Shown piece by piece: positions 18,318 to 28,623 of a stretch of 64,000 nt of DNA (positions are counted from its first letter, which is position 1; every line of letters starts with the position of its first letter). The DNA is from Myxococcota bacterium. GTDB lineage: Bacteria > Myxococcota_A > UBA9160 > UBA6930. The notes beneath the pieces were generated by a model. That model had not been told where the DNA came from. It was given only the letters and a program-made list of their open reading frames with translations, and ran no database searches. A program made the position numbers and the translations under genes. The stretch spans positions 416,001 through 480,000 of the forward strand of contig OZ245002.1 of NCBI GenBank assembly GCA_965223415.1, read 5' to 3'.

Positions 18318-18716
18318 ATGGCATCGGAATCCGCATCCAGGCACCGGAAGGGCCTGGACCCCGAAGACGAGAGCGCGGACGAGCTCGGCGATCGCGGCGA
18401 CGAGGCGGCGGGCTTCTTCCCGGATCTGCTGCGCCGGGGCCTTTCCATGGGCTTCACCGGCTTCTTCATGACCGAGGAGGCCATCCGCCGCGCCCTCGGC
18501 GATTCCGTGCCTCGGGACGTGGTCGAGTTCTTCCTGGAGCAGAGCGAGAAGACGCGCACCGAGTTCCTCGACCGGCTCTCGAAGGAGTTCGGTCGGACGC
18601 TCCAGGCGGTGGATCCAGTCGAGATCGCGCGGCGCCTGCTGGATGGCCGCACCATCGAGGTGAGCGCCAAGGTCCGCTTCGTGCCGGAAGAGAAGGACGG
18701 CTCCGAGGAGCAATGA
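18318..18716 (+). CDS. Hypothetical helical protein (weak phasin-like resemblance)
   Basis: DLLRRGLSMGFTGFFMTEEAIRRAL; strong host codon bias; ATGA overlap with the next gene. Confidence 0.75.
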   Translation: MASESASRHRKGLDPEDESADELGDRGDEAAGFFPDLLRRGLSMGFTGFFMTEEAIRRALGDSVPRDVVEFFLEQSEKTRTEFLDRLSKEFGRTLQAVDPVEIARRLLDGRTIEVSAKVRFVPEEKDGSEEQ

Positions 18717-19987
18717 CGGTCTCGGCTGCCGGGTCCTTCTGGACGCGCCACACGGGCGTCCTCCTCGTCCTGGTGGCGGTCGTGTACCTGATCGGCGTCC
18801 ACCACGGGCTGGGTCCCGACCTCTCTCGGAACGGGGAGCGCTGGTGGATGCCGAACGGCTTCCTGACGGGCGTTGCGCCCGACACCCTGGGCGTCGCCCT
18901 GGGCCTCTTCGGCGGCATCGCCCTGGCCCTGGCCTGGGCGGTCTTCCGCACCACGGGCTCGGCGGTGCTGCGCTGGCTCGCCATCGCCCACGTCGTGGGT
19001 GTCGGGCTCGTCGTGACCTTCGGTACGGGCTCGACCCTCGCCTGGACCTTCTTCCACTGGCGCTGGACCGTGTGTCTCCTGCTGCTGGCCCTCGGCGTAG
19101 GGGCGGCCCTGACCGCGCCGCTCCTGGCCGGCGCCTGGAGCCGGCTACCCGGCTGGGCGAAGGCCCTCACCTACGGACCGCTCTTCCTCGGCGTCGTCGC
19201 CTTCGAGCGCAACGTGACCGGAACGAACCCGACCCTCCCCTTCGCCATCTCGCCCTGGCCGACGGTCCAGATCTTCGGCCTCGAGGTCGCGTGCAGCTGG
19301 CTGGCGGCGACCTGGCTCGGAGGCGGCGCGGGGCTGGCGCTCCTGGCCGGCGGCACCCGCAGCCCCGGACGCTGGGCGGCGGCGGGGATCCTCGCGATCG
19401 GCCTGCCGATGTCGTGGCTCCTGCTCGGAAGCCGCTTCGCCCTGCTCCCCTTCCGGGCCGGCGGCTTGACGGCGGCGACGGCGATGGTTGCCAGCCTCCT
19501 CCTGCTCGGAGCGCTGGCCCTCTCCCTGCGACGGGGCGCCGATGTCGCTGCCGCCCGCGCGCGGCCGGTCGTGCTCGGCGGGCTGCTGGCAGCGCTGCCG
19601 TTGGTCCTCGGCCAGGCGCTCACGTTGGTCGACTACCAGAGCACCCGGGAAGAGGCGGCCCCCGCCGTGCTCGACGCCCTGCAGCGCTACCTCGATCGCG
19701 AGGGAACCTATCCGGACGAGCTCGAGGAGCTGGTCACCGCCGGAGAGCTGGAAGAGGTTCCCAGGCCGCAGGTCGGCTTCCTGGCGAGCCAGCGCTTCAC
19801 CTACCAGAACTTCGGCACGAGCTACATCCTCGAGTTCTCGGCGCCGCGTTGGATCCAGTGCGCCTACAACCCTCCTTGGGCGGACGCGGACGAGCTCAGC
19901 GAGGAGGAGCGGGCGGAGCTCCTCGCCGAGGACGTGGAGCTGGAGGGCGCCTGGTCCTGCCCGAGCAAGCCCCCGGAGCTCTGGTAG
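18713..19987 (+). CDS. Polytopic membrane protein with C-terminal extracytoplasmic domain
   Basis: About 10 hydrophobic segments, then LDALQRYLDREGTYPDELEELV (pseudopilin-like) and a Cys pair. Confidence 0.75.
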   Translation: MTVSAAGSFWTRHTGVLLVLVAVVYLIGVHHGLGPDLSRNGERWWMPNGFLTGVAPDTLGVALGLFGGIALALAWAVFRTTGSAVLRWLAIAHVVGVGLVVTFGTGSTLAWTFFHWRWTVCLLLLALGVGAALTAPLLAGAWSRLPGWAKALTYGPLFLGVVAFERNVTGTNPTLPFAISPWPTVQIFGLEVACSWLAATWLGGGAGLALLAGGTRSPGRWAAAGILAIGLPMSWLLLGSRFALLPFRAGGLTAATAMVASLLLLGALALSLRRGADVAAARARPVVLGGLLAALPLVLGQALTLVDYQSTREEAAPAVLDALQRYLDREGTYPDELEELVTAGELEEVPRPQVGFLASQRFTYQNFGTSYILEFSAPRWIQCAYNPPWADADELSEEERAELLAEDVELEGAWSCPSKPPELW

Positions 19988-20021
19988 GCTCGACGGAGCC
20001 CGCCCGCCGAGGAAAGCCACC

Positions 20022-21350
20022 TTGAGCCCCCGTTCCCTGACCCTCGGCGAGCGCATCGACCGGGCGCGACGCATCAGCCTCACCTTCGGCCGCGTCTACT
20101 TCCGCCTGCGCAGCCACCGCTTCCTCGCCCGGCGGGTGGCGCCCCGGGACATGGAGGAGCGCTGGGAGGCCCTGCACCGGCAGAACGCCCAGGAGATCCG
20201 CGACCTGGCGGTCGAGCTCCAGGGGCTGATCCTCAAGGGCTGTCAGTTCGCGAGCGCGCGGGCAGACGTGCTGCCGAAGGCCTACCAGGAGATCCTGGGC
20301 CGGCTACAGGATCGGGTGCCGCCCTACCCCTTCGAGGTGGCCCGGGAGCTCGTCGAGGAAGAGCACGGGCGCCCCCTCGAGGAGATGTTCCTCGAGTTCT
20401 CGGAGGAGCCGATCGCCGCCGCCTCCCTCGCCCAGGTGCACGATGCGAAGCTGCTGGACGGCACGCCAGTGGCGGTGAAGGTCCAGTATCCCGAGATCGC
20501 AGCGGTGGTGCGATCCGATCTGGCGAACCTGCGGGCGCTCTTCCGCGCCGTGGGCTGGCTCGAGCCGGACTTCGACCTGATGCCGCTGGTCGACGAGCTG
20601 GGTGCGAACGTGCCCCAGGAGCTCGACTTCAAGAACGAGGGGCGCAACGCGGAGCGGGTGGCGGGCTTCTTCGCCGGCCGCGACGACCTGGCGATCCCGC
20701 GCATCCACTGGGAGCTGACGACCCGCCGCGTGCTCGTGATGGAGCGCATGCACGGACGGAAGATCACCGACGTCGAGGGACTGCGGGCGGCCGGCGTCGA
20801 CCTCGAGGCGGTGATGCGCACCCTCGTGGAGGTGTTCGCGGAGATGATCCTGGTGCGCGGCTTCTTCCACGGCGACCCCCACCCGGGCAACCTGCTGGTC
20901 GAGCCGGACACCGGCCGGCTGGTGATCCTCGATTTCGGGCTGGCGAAGGAGCTGCCGCTCCGCTTCCGGGAGACGGTCGTGGGCTTCGCGGCGGCGCTGC
21001 TGCAGGGAGACTCCGCCGCGATGGGGCACGCCCTCATCGAGCTGGGCTTCGAGACCCGGGACGGGCGGGAGGAGAGCCTCCACGAGATCGCCGAGCTGAT
21101 GCTGCTCGTCGCAAAGGAGATCCGCGCGGACGGACGCGTCGACCCGGAGACCGTCGCCCGCCTGCGCGAGGAGATCCCCGAACGAGTGCGGCGAAACCCG
21201 ATCGTTCGCATCCCCCACCACCTCGTGCTGGTCGGCCGGGTGCTGGCGCTGCTCACGGGCCTGAACGCGGCCCTCGGCGCGAAGCTCGACTTCCTGAAGG
21301 TCCTGATGCCGATCGCCATGGGCGTGGCGCCCCGGGGCGACGAGGAGTGA
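20022..21350 (+). CDS. AarF/ABC1/UbiB family atypical kinase
   Basis: LILKGCQFASARAD, PIAAASLAQVH, VAVKVQYP, FFHGDPHPGN, ILDFGL; TTG start inferred. Confidence 0.93.
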   Translation: MSPRSLTLGERIDRARRISLTFGRVYFRLRSHRFLARRVAPRDMEERWEALHRQNAQEIRDLAVELQGLILKGCQFASARADVLPKAYQEILGRLQDRVPPYPFEVARELVEEEHGRPLEEMFLEFSEEPIAAASLAQVHDAKLLDGTPVAVKVQYPEIAAVVRSDLANLRALFRAVGWLEPDFDLMPLVDELGANVPQELDFKNEGRNAERVAGFFAGRDDLAIPRIHWELTTRRVLVMERMHGRKITDVEGLRAAGVDLEAVMRTLVEVFAEMILVRGFFHGDPHPGNLLVEPDTGRLVILDFGLAKELPLRFRETVVGFAAALLQGDSAAMGHALIELGFETRDGREESLHEIAELMLLVAKEIRADGRVDPETVARLREEIPERVRRNPIVRIPHHLVLVGRVLALLTGLNAALGAKLDFLKVLMPIAMGVAPRGDEE

Positions 21351-22321
21351 GCGGGCTCGCCCTCGGTCTGGCCCTCGGCGCCGGTGCGACGCCGGCCGCC
21401 TGGGAGCGCGTGCTGCACCTGGTGGAGCGCGCGGACGCCCTCGGCCTGCACTCGGTGTGGCTGCCCGAACACCACTTCCACCCGAATGCCACGCCGTCGC
21501 CGCTCGTCGCACTGACGGCCTTCGCGGCGCGCACCCGGCGGGTGCGGCTGGCGACGACCTCGCTGTTGCTGCCGGTCCAGCATCCCCTGCACGTGGCGGC
21601 CCAGGTGGCGCTTCTGGACCAGCTCTCCGGTGGCCGGGTCCTGCTCGGCCTGGGCCGGGGGTTCCGGCCGCCGCTCTTCCGCGCGTTCGGGGTCGAGGTG
21701 CAGACGAAGCGCGATCGCTTCGACGAGGCCCTCGACACGATGCTCGCCGCCTGGACCGGTGCCGCCTTCGAGCAGGACGGCGCCTTCTTCGGCAGCGGCA
21801 CGGTGCGCCTCGGCCTGCGGCCGGCCCAGGAGCCCCATCCGCCGCTGGTGGTGGCCGCCTTCGGCCCGAAGGGGCTCGCCCAGGCGGCGCGTCGCGGCCT
21901 GCCCTACCTGGCTTCTCCCCTCGAAGGCCTGCCGATCCTGGCCGAGAACTACGCCCTCTGGCGCGAGCACCGCGGCGCCGAGCCCGACCCCCGCGCCCCG
22001 GCCGTGCCGGTGATGCGCACGGCCTTCCTGGCCGCCGACGACCGCGCCGCCGCCCGCGTCTGGGCCGCCCTGGAACGCGAGCAGACCGTCCCGGCCGGCA
22101 CCCGCACCCCGAAGGCCCTGGCCCGCGCTGCCCAGGGCGAGCTCGGCGACCGCGTCCTCGTCGGCACCCGCAGCGAGATCGAGGACCGCATCGCCGCCTA
22201 CCGGGAGGCCCTCGGCATGGACCTCCTGGTCGTCCGCACCGAGGTCCCCGGCGCCAGCGAGACGGAACGCGAAGCCTCCCTCGAAGCCCTCGCCAGCTTG
22301 ACGGCCGGCCCCGTTTGCTAG
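21347..22321 (+). CDS. LLM-class flavin-dependent oxidoreductase
   Basis: SVWLPEHHF, LDQLSGGRVLLGLGRG, PHPPL. Confidence 0.92.
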   Translation: MSGLALGLALGAGATPAAWERVLHLVERADALGLHSVWLPEHHFHPNATPSPLVALTAFAARTRRVRLATTSLLLPVQHPLHVAAQVALLDQLSGGRVLLGLGRGFRPPLFRAFGVEVQTKRDRFDEALDTMLAAWTGAAFEQDGAFFGSGTVRLGLRPAQEPHPPLVVAAFGPKGLAQAARRGLPYLASPLEGLPILAENYALWREHRGAEPDPRAPAVPVMRTAFLAADDRAAARVWAALEREQTVPAGTRTPKALARAAQGELGDRVLVGTRSEIEDRIAAYREALGMDLLVVRTEVPGASETEREASLEALASLTAGPVC

Positions 22322-22494
22322 GTGGAGCGGGTGAAGGTGACGAAGGCCATGGCGGGGCGCTTCGAGGAGTCGCGCATGGCGAACTGCATCGTGTCGAGGG
22401 TCCAGCCCTGGCGGGTCCACTCGTTGAGGATGTCCTCGAGGGCCTCGGCGGTGACGTCGCTGGTCTCGACAACCTTGTACTCGAGGGTCGCCAT
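22318..22494 (-). CDS. Small DUF4177-like protein, 58 aa (absent from ORF track)
   Basis: [63 protein letters not shown]...LN...QGW.L pattern; TGATG overlap with the hemB stop. Confidence 0.8.
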   Translation of the reverse strand: MATLEYKVVETSDVTAEALEDILNEWTRQGWTLDTMQFAMRDSSKRPAMAFVTFTRST

Positions 22495-23468
22495 CAGGCG
22501 CCCAGGCTCCGGGCCAGGTCCTTGGCGGCGTAGGTGAGGATCAGGTCGGCGCCGGCGCGCTTGATCGCGAGGGTGGCCTCGTGCAGGGCGCGGGGTCCGT
22601 CGATCCAGCCGCGCTCGGCGGCGGCCTGGATCATCGCGTACTCGCCGGACACGTGATAGGCGGCCAGCGGCACGTCGAACTCCTGGGCGGCGGCCGCGAG
22701 GATGTCGAGGTAGGGCAGCGCCGGCTTTACCATCAGGGCGTCGGCGCCCTCCTCCAGGTCGAGACGCATCTCGCGCAGGGCTTCGCGGCCGTTGGGCGGG
22801 TCCATCTGGTAGGCGCGGCGGTCGCCGAAGGACGGCGTGCTCTCGGCGGCCTCGCGGAAGGGCCCGTAGTAGGCGCTTGCGAACTTGGCCGCGTAGCTCA
22901 GGATGGCGACGTTCTCGAAGCCACTCTCGTCGAGCCGGGTGCGGATCGCCGCCACCCGGCCGTCCATCATGTCGCTCGGCGCCACGATGTCGGCGCCGGC
23001 CCGGGCATGGGAGAGCGCGGTCTCCGCCAGCCGCGCGACGGAGGGATCGTTCAGCACCTCTTCGTCATCGACGAGGCCGCAGTGGCCGTGGTCGGTGTAC
23101 TCGCAGAGGCAGACGTCGGTCACGACGCAAAGGTCCGGGACCTCGCGCTTCACCGCCTCGACCGCACGCTGGGTGATGCCGTCGGCGGCGTCGGCGCCGG
23201 AGCCGCGGGCGTCCTTGGCGGCGGGAATGCCGAACAAGATGACCGACGGGATCCCCAGGTCCCACGCCTCCTTGCACTCGAGCACGAGCTGGTCGACCGA
23301 GTGACGGAAGACACCGGGCATGGAGACGACCGGCTCGCGCACGCCGCTCCCCTCGACGACGAAGAGCGGCAGGATCAGATCGTTCCGGGAGAGCCGGATC
23401 TCCCGCACCATCGAGCGCAGGGTCTCGCTGCGACGGAAGCGGCGCTGGCGGGTTCGCGGGAACGTCAT
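22494..23468 (-). CDS. hemB: Porphobilinogen synthase
   Basis: [53 protein letters not shown]. Confidence 0.97.
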   Translation of the reverse strand: MTFPRTRQRRFRRSETLRSMVREIRLSRNDLILPLFVVEGSGVREPVVSMPGVFRHSVDQLVLECKEAWDLGIPSVILFGIPAAKDARGSGADAADGITQRAVEAVKREVPDLCVVTDVCLCEYTDHGHCGLVDDEEVLNDPSVARLAETALSHARAGADIVAPSDMMDGRVAAIRTRLDESGFENVAILSYAAKFASAYYGPFREAAESTPSFGDRRAYQMDPPNGREALREMRLDLEEGADALMVKPALPYLDILAAAAQEFDVPLAAYHVSGEYAMIQAAAERGWIDGPRALHEATLAIKRAGADLILTYAAKDLARSLGA

Positions 23469-24994
23469 GCCTTCTCTCCTGCGAGGGCGGAGGCCAGGGT
23501 CTCGATGCACTGATCGACCGTCGCGCTCGCCGGCTCAAGGGTCGCAGGAAGTCCGACCTCTCGCAGCGCCTCCGCGGTGGCGGCGCCCAGGGCCACCACC
23601 CGCGCCCCCCGTGCGGCCTCGAGGCGCGGGCCCAGCCCGGCGGCGAAGCTCCGCACCGCGGAGGGGCTGGCGAACAGCAGTACGTCCAGGGCCCCGCCCT
23701 CGAGGGCCTCCGCGAGGGCCTCGGCGTCGAAGGGCGCGGGCACGGTGCGGTAGACCGGCAGCTCGCAGACCTCGGCACCGGCCTCGCGCAGGGTCTCCGC
23801 CAACACCCGCCGCGCACGCTCGGGCTGGGGCAGCAGGAAGCGGCGCCCGGCGACGGCCTCCTTCGCGACCAGGTGCTCGGCCAGGGCGCGGGCGTCGAAG
23901 CGGGCCGGGGGCTGCTCGCCCGGCGCGAAGCCCTCGTCGCGCGCCGCCTCGGCCGTCGCGGGCCCGACGCAGTGGGCCGGGAGCCCGAGTCGCCCCGGCT
24001 CGACGCTGCGCTCGCGCAAGCGTGCCGCGAGCTGGCGGGCGCCGTTCGCACTCGTGAAGAGCAGCGCGTCGAAGCGCTCGGGCGCGGCCAGCGCCGCGTC
24101 GATCGCGGGCGTTGCCGGGATCGGGTCGACGCGGATCATCGGCACCACCACCGGCAGCGCCCCGGCCTCCCGCAGCGCCAGCGCCCACGGCCCCGCCGAG
24201 GCCGCGGGCCGGGTGACGAGCACGCGATGACCGGAGAGGGGCAGCGCCTCGGCGCCTCCGAGCTCCGTGCGCAACCGGACCACGTCGCCGATCACCACGA
24301 CCGCCGGAGCCGCCAGCCCCGCCTCCGCCGCGCGCTGGGCGAGCTCGCCGAGAGGCGCCTCCACCACACGCTGCTCGGGCAGCGTGCCGTTCATGACCGC
24401 GGCCGCCGGCGTCTCCGGATCGCGGCCGCCGGCGACGAGCCGGGCGGTGATCTCGCCCAGGTTGCGCACCGCCATCAGCAGCACCAGCGTGTCGGCGCCG
24501 CGACCGAGCTCCTCCCAGCGCAGCTGCTCGCGCACCTGGGTGGGATCCTTGTGCCCCGTGACCACCGCGAAGGAAGCCGCGTGCCGGCGATCGGTGAGCG
24601 GGATACCCGCCGCTGCCGGCACCGCCGAGACCGAGCTCACACCGGGCACGACGTCGACGACGATGCCCGCCGCCTGACAGGCCGACGCCTCCTCCCCCCC
24701 GCGACCGAAGACGAAGGGATCGCCGCCCTTCAGGCGCACGACGCGCCGGCCGGTACGGGCGCGCTCGATCAGGAGCTGCTGGATGTCGGCCTGGCTCCGG
24801 GTGGGCTCGTCGTGGCCGCGCTTGCCGACGTTGATGCGCTCCGCAGCGGGCGGCGCCAGCGCCAGCAGCTCCGGCGCGACCAGGGCGTCGTACACGACCA
24901 CGTCCGCGGCGCGCAACAGCTCGGCGCCGCGCAAGGTGAGAAGATCCGGCGCTCCCGGCCCCGCGCCCACGAGCGAGACCCGCCCGCCGCTCAC
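23465..24994 (-). CDS. cobA: Uroporphyrinogen-III C-methyltransferase / uroporphyrinogen-III synthase fusion (CobA-HemD)
   Basis: [34 protein letters not shown]; HemD part RVLVTRP, FTSANG, FASPSAV. Confidence 0.94.
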   Translation of the reverse strand: MSGGRVSLVGAGPGAPDLLTLRGAELLRAADVVVYDALVAPELLALAPPAAERINVGKRGHDEPTRSQADIQQLLIERARTGRRVVRLKGGDPFVFGRGGEEASACQAAGIVVDVVPGVSSVSAVPAAAGIPLTDRRHAASFAVVTGHKDPTQVREQLRWEELGRGADTLVLLMAVRNLGEITARLVAGGRDPETPAAAVMNGTLPEQRVVEAPLGELAQRAAEAGLAAPAVVVIGDVVRLRTELGGAEALPLSGHRVLVTRPAASAGPWALALREAGALPVVVPMIRVDPIPATPAIDAALAAPERFDALLFTSANGARQLAARLRERSVEPGRLGLPAHCVGPATAEAARDEGFAPGEQPPARFDARALAEHLVAKEAVAGRRFLLPQPERARRVLAETLREAGAEVCELPVYRTVPAPFDAEALAEALEGGALDVLLFASPSAVRSFAAGLGPRLEAARGARVVALGAATAEALREVGLPATLEPASATVDQCIETLASALAGEKA

Positions 24995-25028
24995 GGCGCT
25001 CCCACCGGGCCGGTGCTGCGCCCGCCGC

Positions 25029-25958
25029 TCACGAGGCTCCGGCCCGGGCCGCCTCGAGCAGCCGGGCCGCGCCGCGGCCGAGGGCTTCCCGGGCCGCCGC
25101 CCGGCCGAGGGCGTCCGCGTCGGCGGCGGAACCGCTGGCCTCCGCCGCCACCACCTGACGGCCGTCGGCGGCCAGCACCCGGGCGCGAAGCTGCACCCGG
25201 CCGTCGGCCAGGAGCTCGGCGCGCGCGGCGATGGGCGCGTGACAATCGCCGCCGAGCGCACCGAGGAAGGCGCGCTCGGCGGTGATGGAGACGCGGGTCG
25301 GCGGATGGTCGAGGGCCAGGAGGTCGTCGGCCAGGGCCTCGCCGTCTCGGCACTCGAGGGCGAGGGTGCCCTGGCCGACCGCCGGCAGGAGCAGCCCCTC
25401 GTCGATGCGCTCGTGGATGCGCGCGTCGAGACCGAGCCGGTCGAGGCCGGCGCAGGCGAGGACGACCGCCGCGAGGTCCTCGTCCTCGAGCTTGCGCAAG
25501 CGGGTATCGACGTTGCCGCGGATGGGGACGATCACGAGATCCGGTCGATAGGCGAGGAGCTGGCTCGCCCGGCGCACGCTGCCCGTGCCCACACGACTGG
25601 CCCGGGGCAGGGCCTCGACGCTGGCGTCGGCGCCGCGGCCGACGAGCGCGTCGCGCGGATCGCCCCGCTCCGGGAACGCGGCCAGGGACAGGCCGGGCGC
25701 CTGCTCGCCGGGCAGGTCCTTGGCGCTGTGCACCGCCACGTCGGCGCGTCCGTCGAGGAGCGCCTCCTCGATCTCCTTCACGAAGAGCCCCTTGCCGCCG
25801 ATGGCCGCCAGGGAGCGATCCTGGATGCGATCGCCGGTCGTCTGCACCTTGACCAGCTCGGTGCGGCAGCGCAGGGCCGTCTCGATCTCCCGGGCCACGA
25901 GCCCGGACTGGGCAACCGCGAGGGCGCTCCCCCGCGTGGCAATGCGGACCAGCTTCAT
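25029..25958 (-). CDS. hemC: Hydroxymethylbilane synthase
   Basis: IATRGSALA, GGKGLFVKEIE, AVHSAKD, GTGSVRR, IRGNVDTRL, LGGDCHAP. Confidence 0.97.
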   Translation of the reverse strand: MKLVRIATRGSALAVAQSGLVAREIETALRCRTELVKVQTTGDRIQDRSLAAIGGKGLFVKEIEEALLDGRADVAVHSAKDLPGEQAPGLSLAAFPERGDPRDALVGRGADASVEALPRASRVGTGSVRRASQLLAYRPDLVIVPIRGNVDTRLRKLEDEDLAAVVLACAGLDRLGLDARIHERIDEGLLLPAVGQGTLALECRDGEALADDLLALDHPPTRVSITAERAFLGALGGDCHAPIAARAELLADGRVQLRARVLAADGRQVVAAEASGSAADADALGRAAAREALGRGAARLLEAARAGAS

Positions 25959-27292
25959 GCGTCCTCGTCTCCGTCGTCGTGTCCATCGCCGGGCCCGTCG
26001 GCCTCGGCGCCCGGCGCCGCCCCGTCGTCCAGGGCAAAGAGCACTCGCGCCGCCTCGAGGTGCGCGAGCCCCTCTTCCCGATCCACTTCCTGGCGCAGCC
26101 GCGCGAGGGGCGCGTGCAGCAGCTTGTTGACGATGCCGCGTGTGATGCCTTCGAGGGCGTCCCGGTGCGCGTCGCTCCACTCGAGGCCCGGGAGCCCGCG
26201 GTCGAGCTCGGCGGTGCGGATCGCCTCGGCCCGCGCCCGCAGCGTGCGGATCGTCGGCACCGCGGCCAGGGCCGTCAGCCAGCCCTCGAAGCGCTGCTGC
26301 TCCTCGAGCACGATGTCCTCGACCCGCTCCACCTCCCGACGGCGCTCGGCGGCGTTGGCTTCCGCCATGCCCGAGAGATCATCCAGGTCGTAGAGGTAGA
26401 CCGAGTCGATCTCGTTCACCTCCGACGCCACGTTGCGCGGCACGCCGATGTCGATGACGAAGAGCGGGCGGTGGGGGCGGTGACGCAGTGCCGCGCCGAC
26501 CCCGTCCCGGGTGAGCAGCGGCGCGTCGCCGCCGATGGACGTCAGCACCACGTCGCTCTGCTCGAGCAGCCCCGGGAGCTCCGCCAGCCCGTGGGCACTG
26601 GCGTCGAAGCGGGTCGCCAGGCCGGCGGCCCGGGCCGGCGTGCGATTGGCGATGCGAACGCTGCCCAGGCCGGACGCGCGCAGCCGGTCGAGGGCGAGCT
26701 CGATCATCTCGCCGGCACCGATCAGGAGCGCCGACTTGTCCTCGAGGCTCTCGAAGATCTCCCGGGCCAGGTCCACGGCCACCCGCGCCACGGAGATCGG
26801 CCGCTCGGCGATCCGCGTCTCGTTGCGCACGCGCTTCGCGGTGGAGAACGCCCGCTGGTAGAGGCGCGAGAGGATCGGGCCGCAGCTCCCGCAGGCGACC
26901 GCCGTCCGATAGGCGTCCTTCACCTGGCCGAGGATCTGGGGCTCGCCGACGACCATCGAGTCGACGGAGCAGGCCACCCGGAAGAGGTGGCGCACGGCCT
27001 GAGAATCGCTGAGCTCGTAGAGCGCGGGCTCGAGATCGGCCGGGCTCGGGCGCTCGCCTTCGCCGGGGAGCTCGCGCTCGACGAACGAGCGCAGCCGCAC
27101 GCGTGCGGCGGCCGGGCTGCGGGTCAGCACCAGCACCTCCACCCGGTTGCAGGTGGAGAGGATCACGCACTCCTCCACGTCCGGGGCGGCGGCCAGCTTC
27201 TCGTTGGCGGGGCCGAGATCGCCCACCGCGTAGCGCTCACGGAGCTCCAGGGGCGCCGTCCGGTGGCTCATTCCGAGCAGCAGCAGGTTCAC
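25955..27292 (-). CDS. hemA: Glutamyl-tRNA reductase
   Basis: GMSHRTAPLELRE, LSTCNRVE, SMVVGEPQILGQVK, IGAGEM, DIGVPRNV. Confidence 0.97.
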   Translation of the reverse strand: MNLLLLGMSHRTAPLELRERYAVGDLGPANEKLAAAPDVEECVILSTCNRVEVLVLTRSPAAARVRLRSFVERELPGEGERPSPADLEPALYELSDSQAVRHLFRVACSVDSMVVGEPQILGQVKDAYRTAVACGSCGPILSRLYQRAFSTAKRVRNETRIAERPISVARVAVDLAREIFESLEDKSALLIGAGEMIELALDRLRASGLGSVRIANRTPARAAGLATRFDASAHGLAELPGLLEQSDVVLTSIGGDAPLLTRDGVGAALRHRPHRPLFVIDIGVPRNVASEVNEIDSVYLYDLDDLSGMAEANAAERRREVERVEDIVLEEQQRFEGWLTALAAVPTIRTLRARAEAIRTAELDRGLPGLEWSDAHRDALEGITRGIVNKLLHAPLARLRQEVDREEGLAHLEAARVLFALDDGAAPGAEADGPGDGHDDGDEDA

Positions 27293-28074
27293 CACACCGC
27301 TCCCGCACCGACGACCGCGCCGGTGAGGATCGCGAAGCCGGCGGCGGAGAGCATCGCGACCTGACGCGCGCCCAGGTCGAGACCGAAGCGCGCCACGGCC
27401 GCCGCACCACACAGCACCCAGGCGGCCAGCGTGCCGTTGGCGTGGATGCTCGCCTCCCAGAGCGCGCCCCGGGTCTCGTACACCCAGAGGACGCCGGTGA
27501 AGAGGCCGAAGGTGAGCAGCAGGAAGCCGACGCCGAGGCCGAGGGTATTCACCCGGTCGAGGGTCTCGAGGGAAGGCAGGGTTCCGCCGACCCGCCGCTT
27601 TCGCTTGATCGCCCGGTGATGGATCACGTAGAGCAGCCCGGCGCCGGCCGCGACGCCCAGGGTGGCGAGACCGGCGCTCGAGAGCAGCACGTGCAGGTGC
27701 GACCAGAGCGGATGCAGGGCCTCGGCGGGCGGCGGCGCGTAGAGAGAAAGCAGCCCGGTGGCGCAGCCGAGGAAGGCGGCCGGCGCCACGACCAGCGCGA
27801 GTCCGAGCCCGCGCACCCAGAAGAGCAGCGCCAGGTAGACGAGGGAGCCGACCCAGGCCATGAACGAGACGGCCATGGGCAACGAGTTCAGGGCCGGCGT
27901 GGGATCCAGCGTGTGGAGCTGCCAGAAGCCGCCGGTGTGCATCAGGGCGCCGGCGCCCAGGGCGAACACGGCGCCGCGTGTCAGGTCCACGCGGCGAACC
28001 ACCACGGCCGCCACCGCCACGACGGCCGCCAGCAGGTAGGCGGCGGTGGCCAGCTGATGGAAGAGGAGACCCAT
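27289..28074 (-). CDS. Cytochrome c assembly family membrane protein (CcsA/HemX-like)
   Basis: Multi-TM, HLHV, LPSLETLDRVN, GFLLLTFGLFTGVLW; GTGA overlap with hemA. Confidence 0.85.
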   Translation of the reverse strand: MGLLFHQLATAAYLLAAVVAVAAVVVRRVDLTRGAVFALGAGALMHTGGFWQLHTLDPTPALNSLPMAVSFMAWVGSLVYLALLFWVRGLGLALVVAPAAFLGCATGLLSLYAPPPAEALHPLWSHLHVLLSSAGLATLGVAAGAGLLYVIHHRAIKRKRRVGGTLPSLETLDRVNTLGLGVGFLLLTFGLFTGVLWVYETRGALWEASIHANGTLAAWVLCGAAAVARFGLDLGARQVAMLSAAGFAILTGAVVGAGAVW

Positions 28075-28077
28075 CCG

Positions 28078-28623
28078 TCACGCCCGGGAGCGCAAGCGCT
28101 CCATCTGGGCCGCCACCTTGGCGGCGTCGCTCACCATCTCGAAAATGCGGTAGGCCGGTTCGCCGAACAGGACGAAACGGATCTCTTCGAGGGAGCCCTC
28201 TCCGTCCAGGTGGGCCCGGGCCTCTTCGATCAGGATCTCGGCGGAGCGCTGCATCGAGACCCCGCCGACGCCCGCGCCGATGGCGGGCACCGCGATGCTT
28301 CGGAACCCCTGCTCCCGGGCGATCGCCAGGCTCGCCCGCATGGAGGCGCGCACGCTCTCCTCGCTGGCCCGGCCGCCGGGCGGCATGCCGGCCGCGTGGA
28401 TGACGAAGTGCGCCGGCAGATCTCCCGCGCCGGTAAGGGCGGCGCCGCCCACCTCGACGGGCCCGTGGGCGTCGCACTCCTGCTGGATGCTGGGGCCGCC
28501 CTTCTGCCGGATCGCGCCGGCCACGCCGGAGCCCAGCTGCAGGGCGGAGTTCGCCGCGTTCACGATCGCGTCCACCTCGGCCGCAGTGATGTCGCCTTCC
28601 TCCAACACGATGCGTCCGCTCAT
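28078..28623 (-). CDS. Macro domain protein (ADP-ribose binding/hydrolase)
   Basis: GDIT..VDAIVNAAN, GSGVAGAI, VIHAAG, SIAVPAIGAGVGG. Confidence 0.93.
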   Translation of the reverse strand: MSGRIVLEEGDITAAEVDAIVNAANSALQLGSGVAGAIRQKGGPSIQQECDAHGPVEVGGAALTGAGDLPAHFVIHAAGMPPGGRASEESVRASMRASLAIAREQGFRSIAVPAIGAGVGGVSMQRSAEILIEEARAHLDGEGSLEEIRFVLFGEPAYRIFEMVSDAAKVAAQMERLRSRA

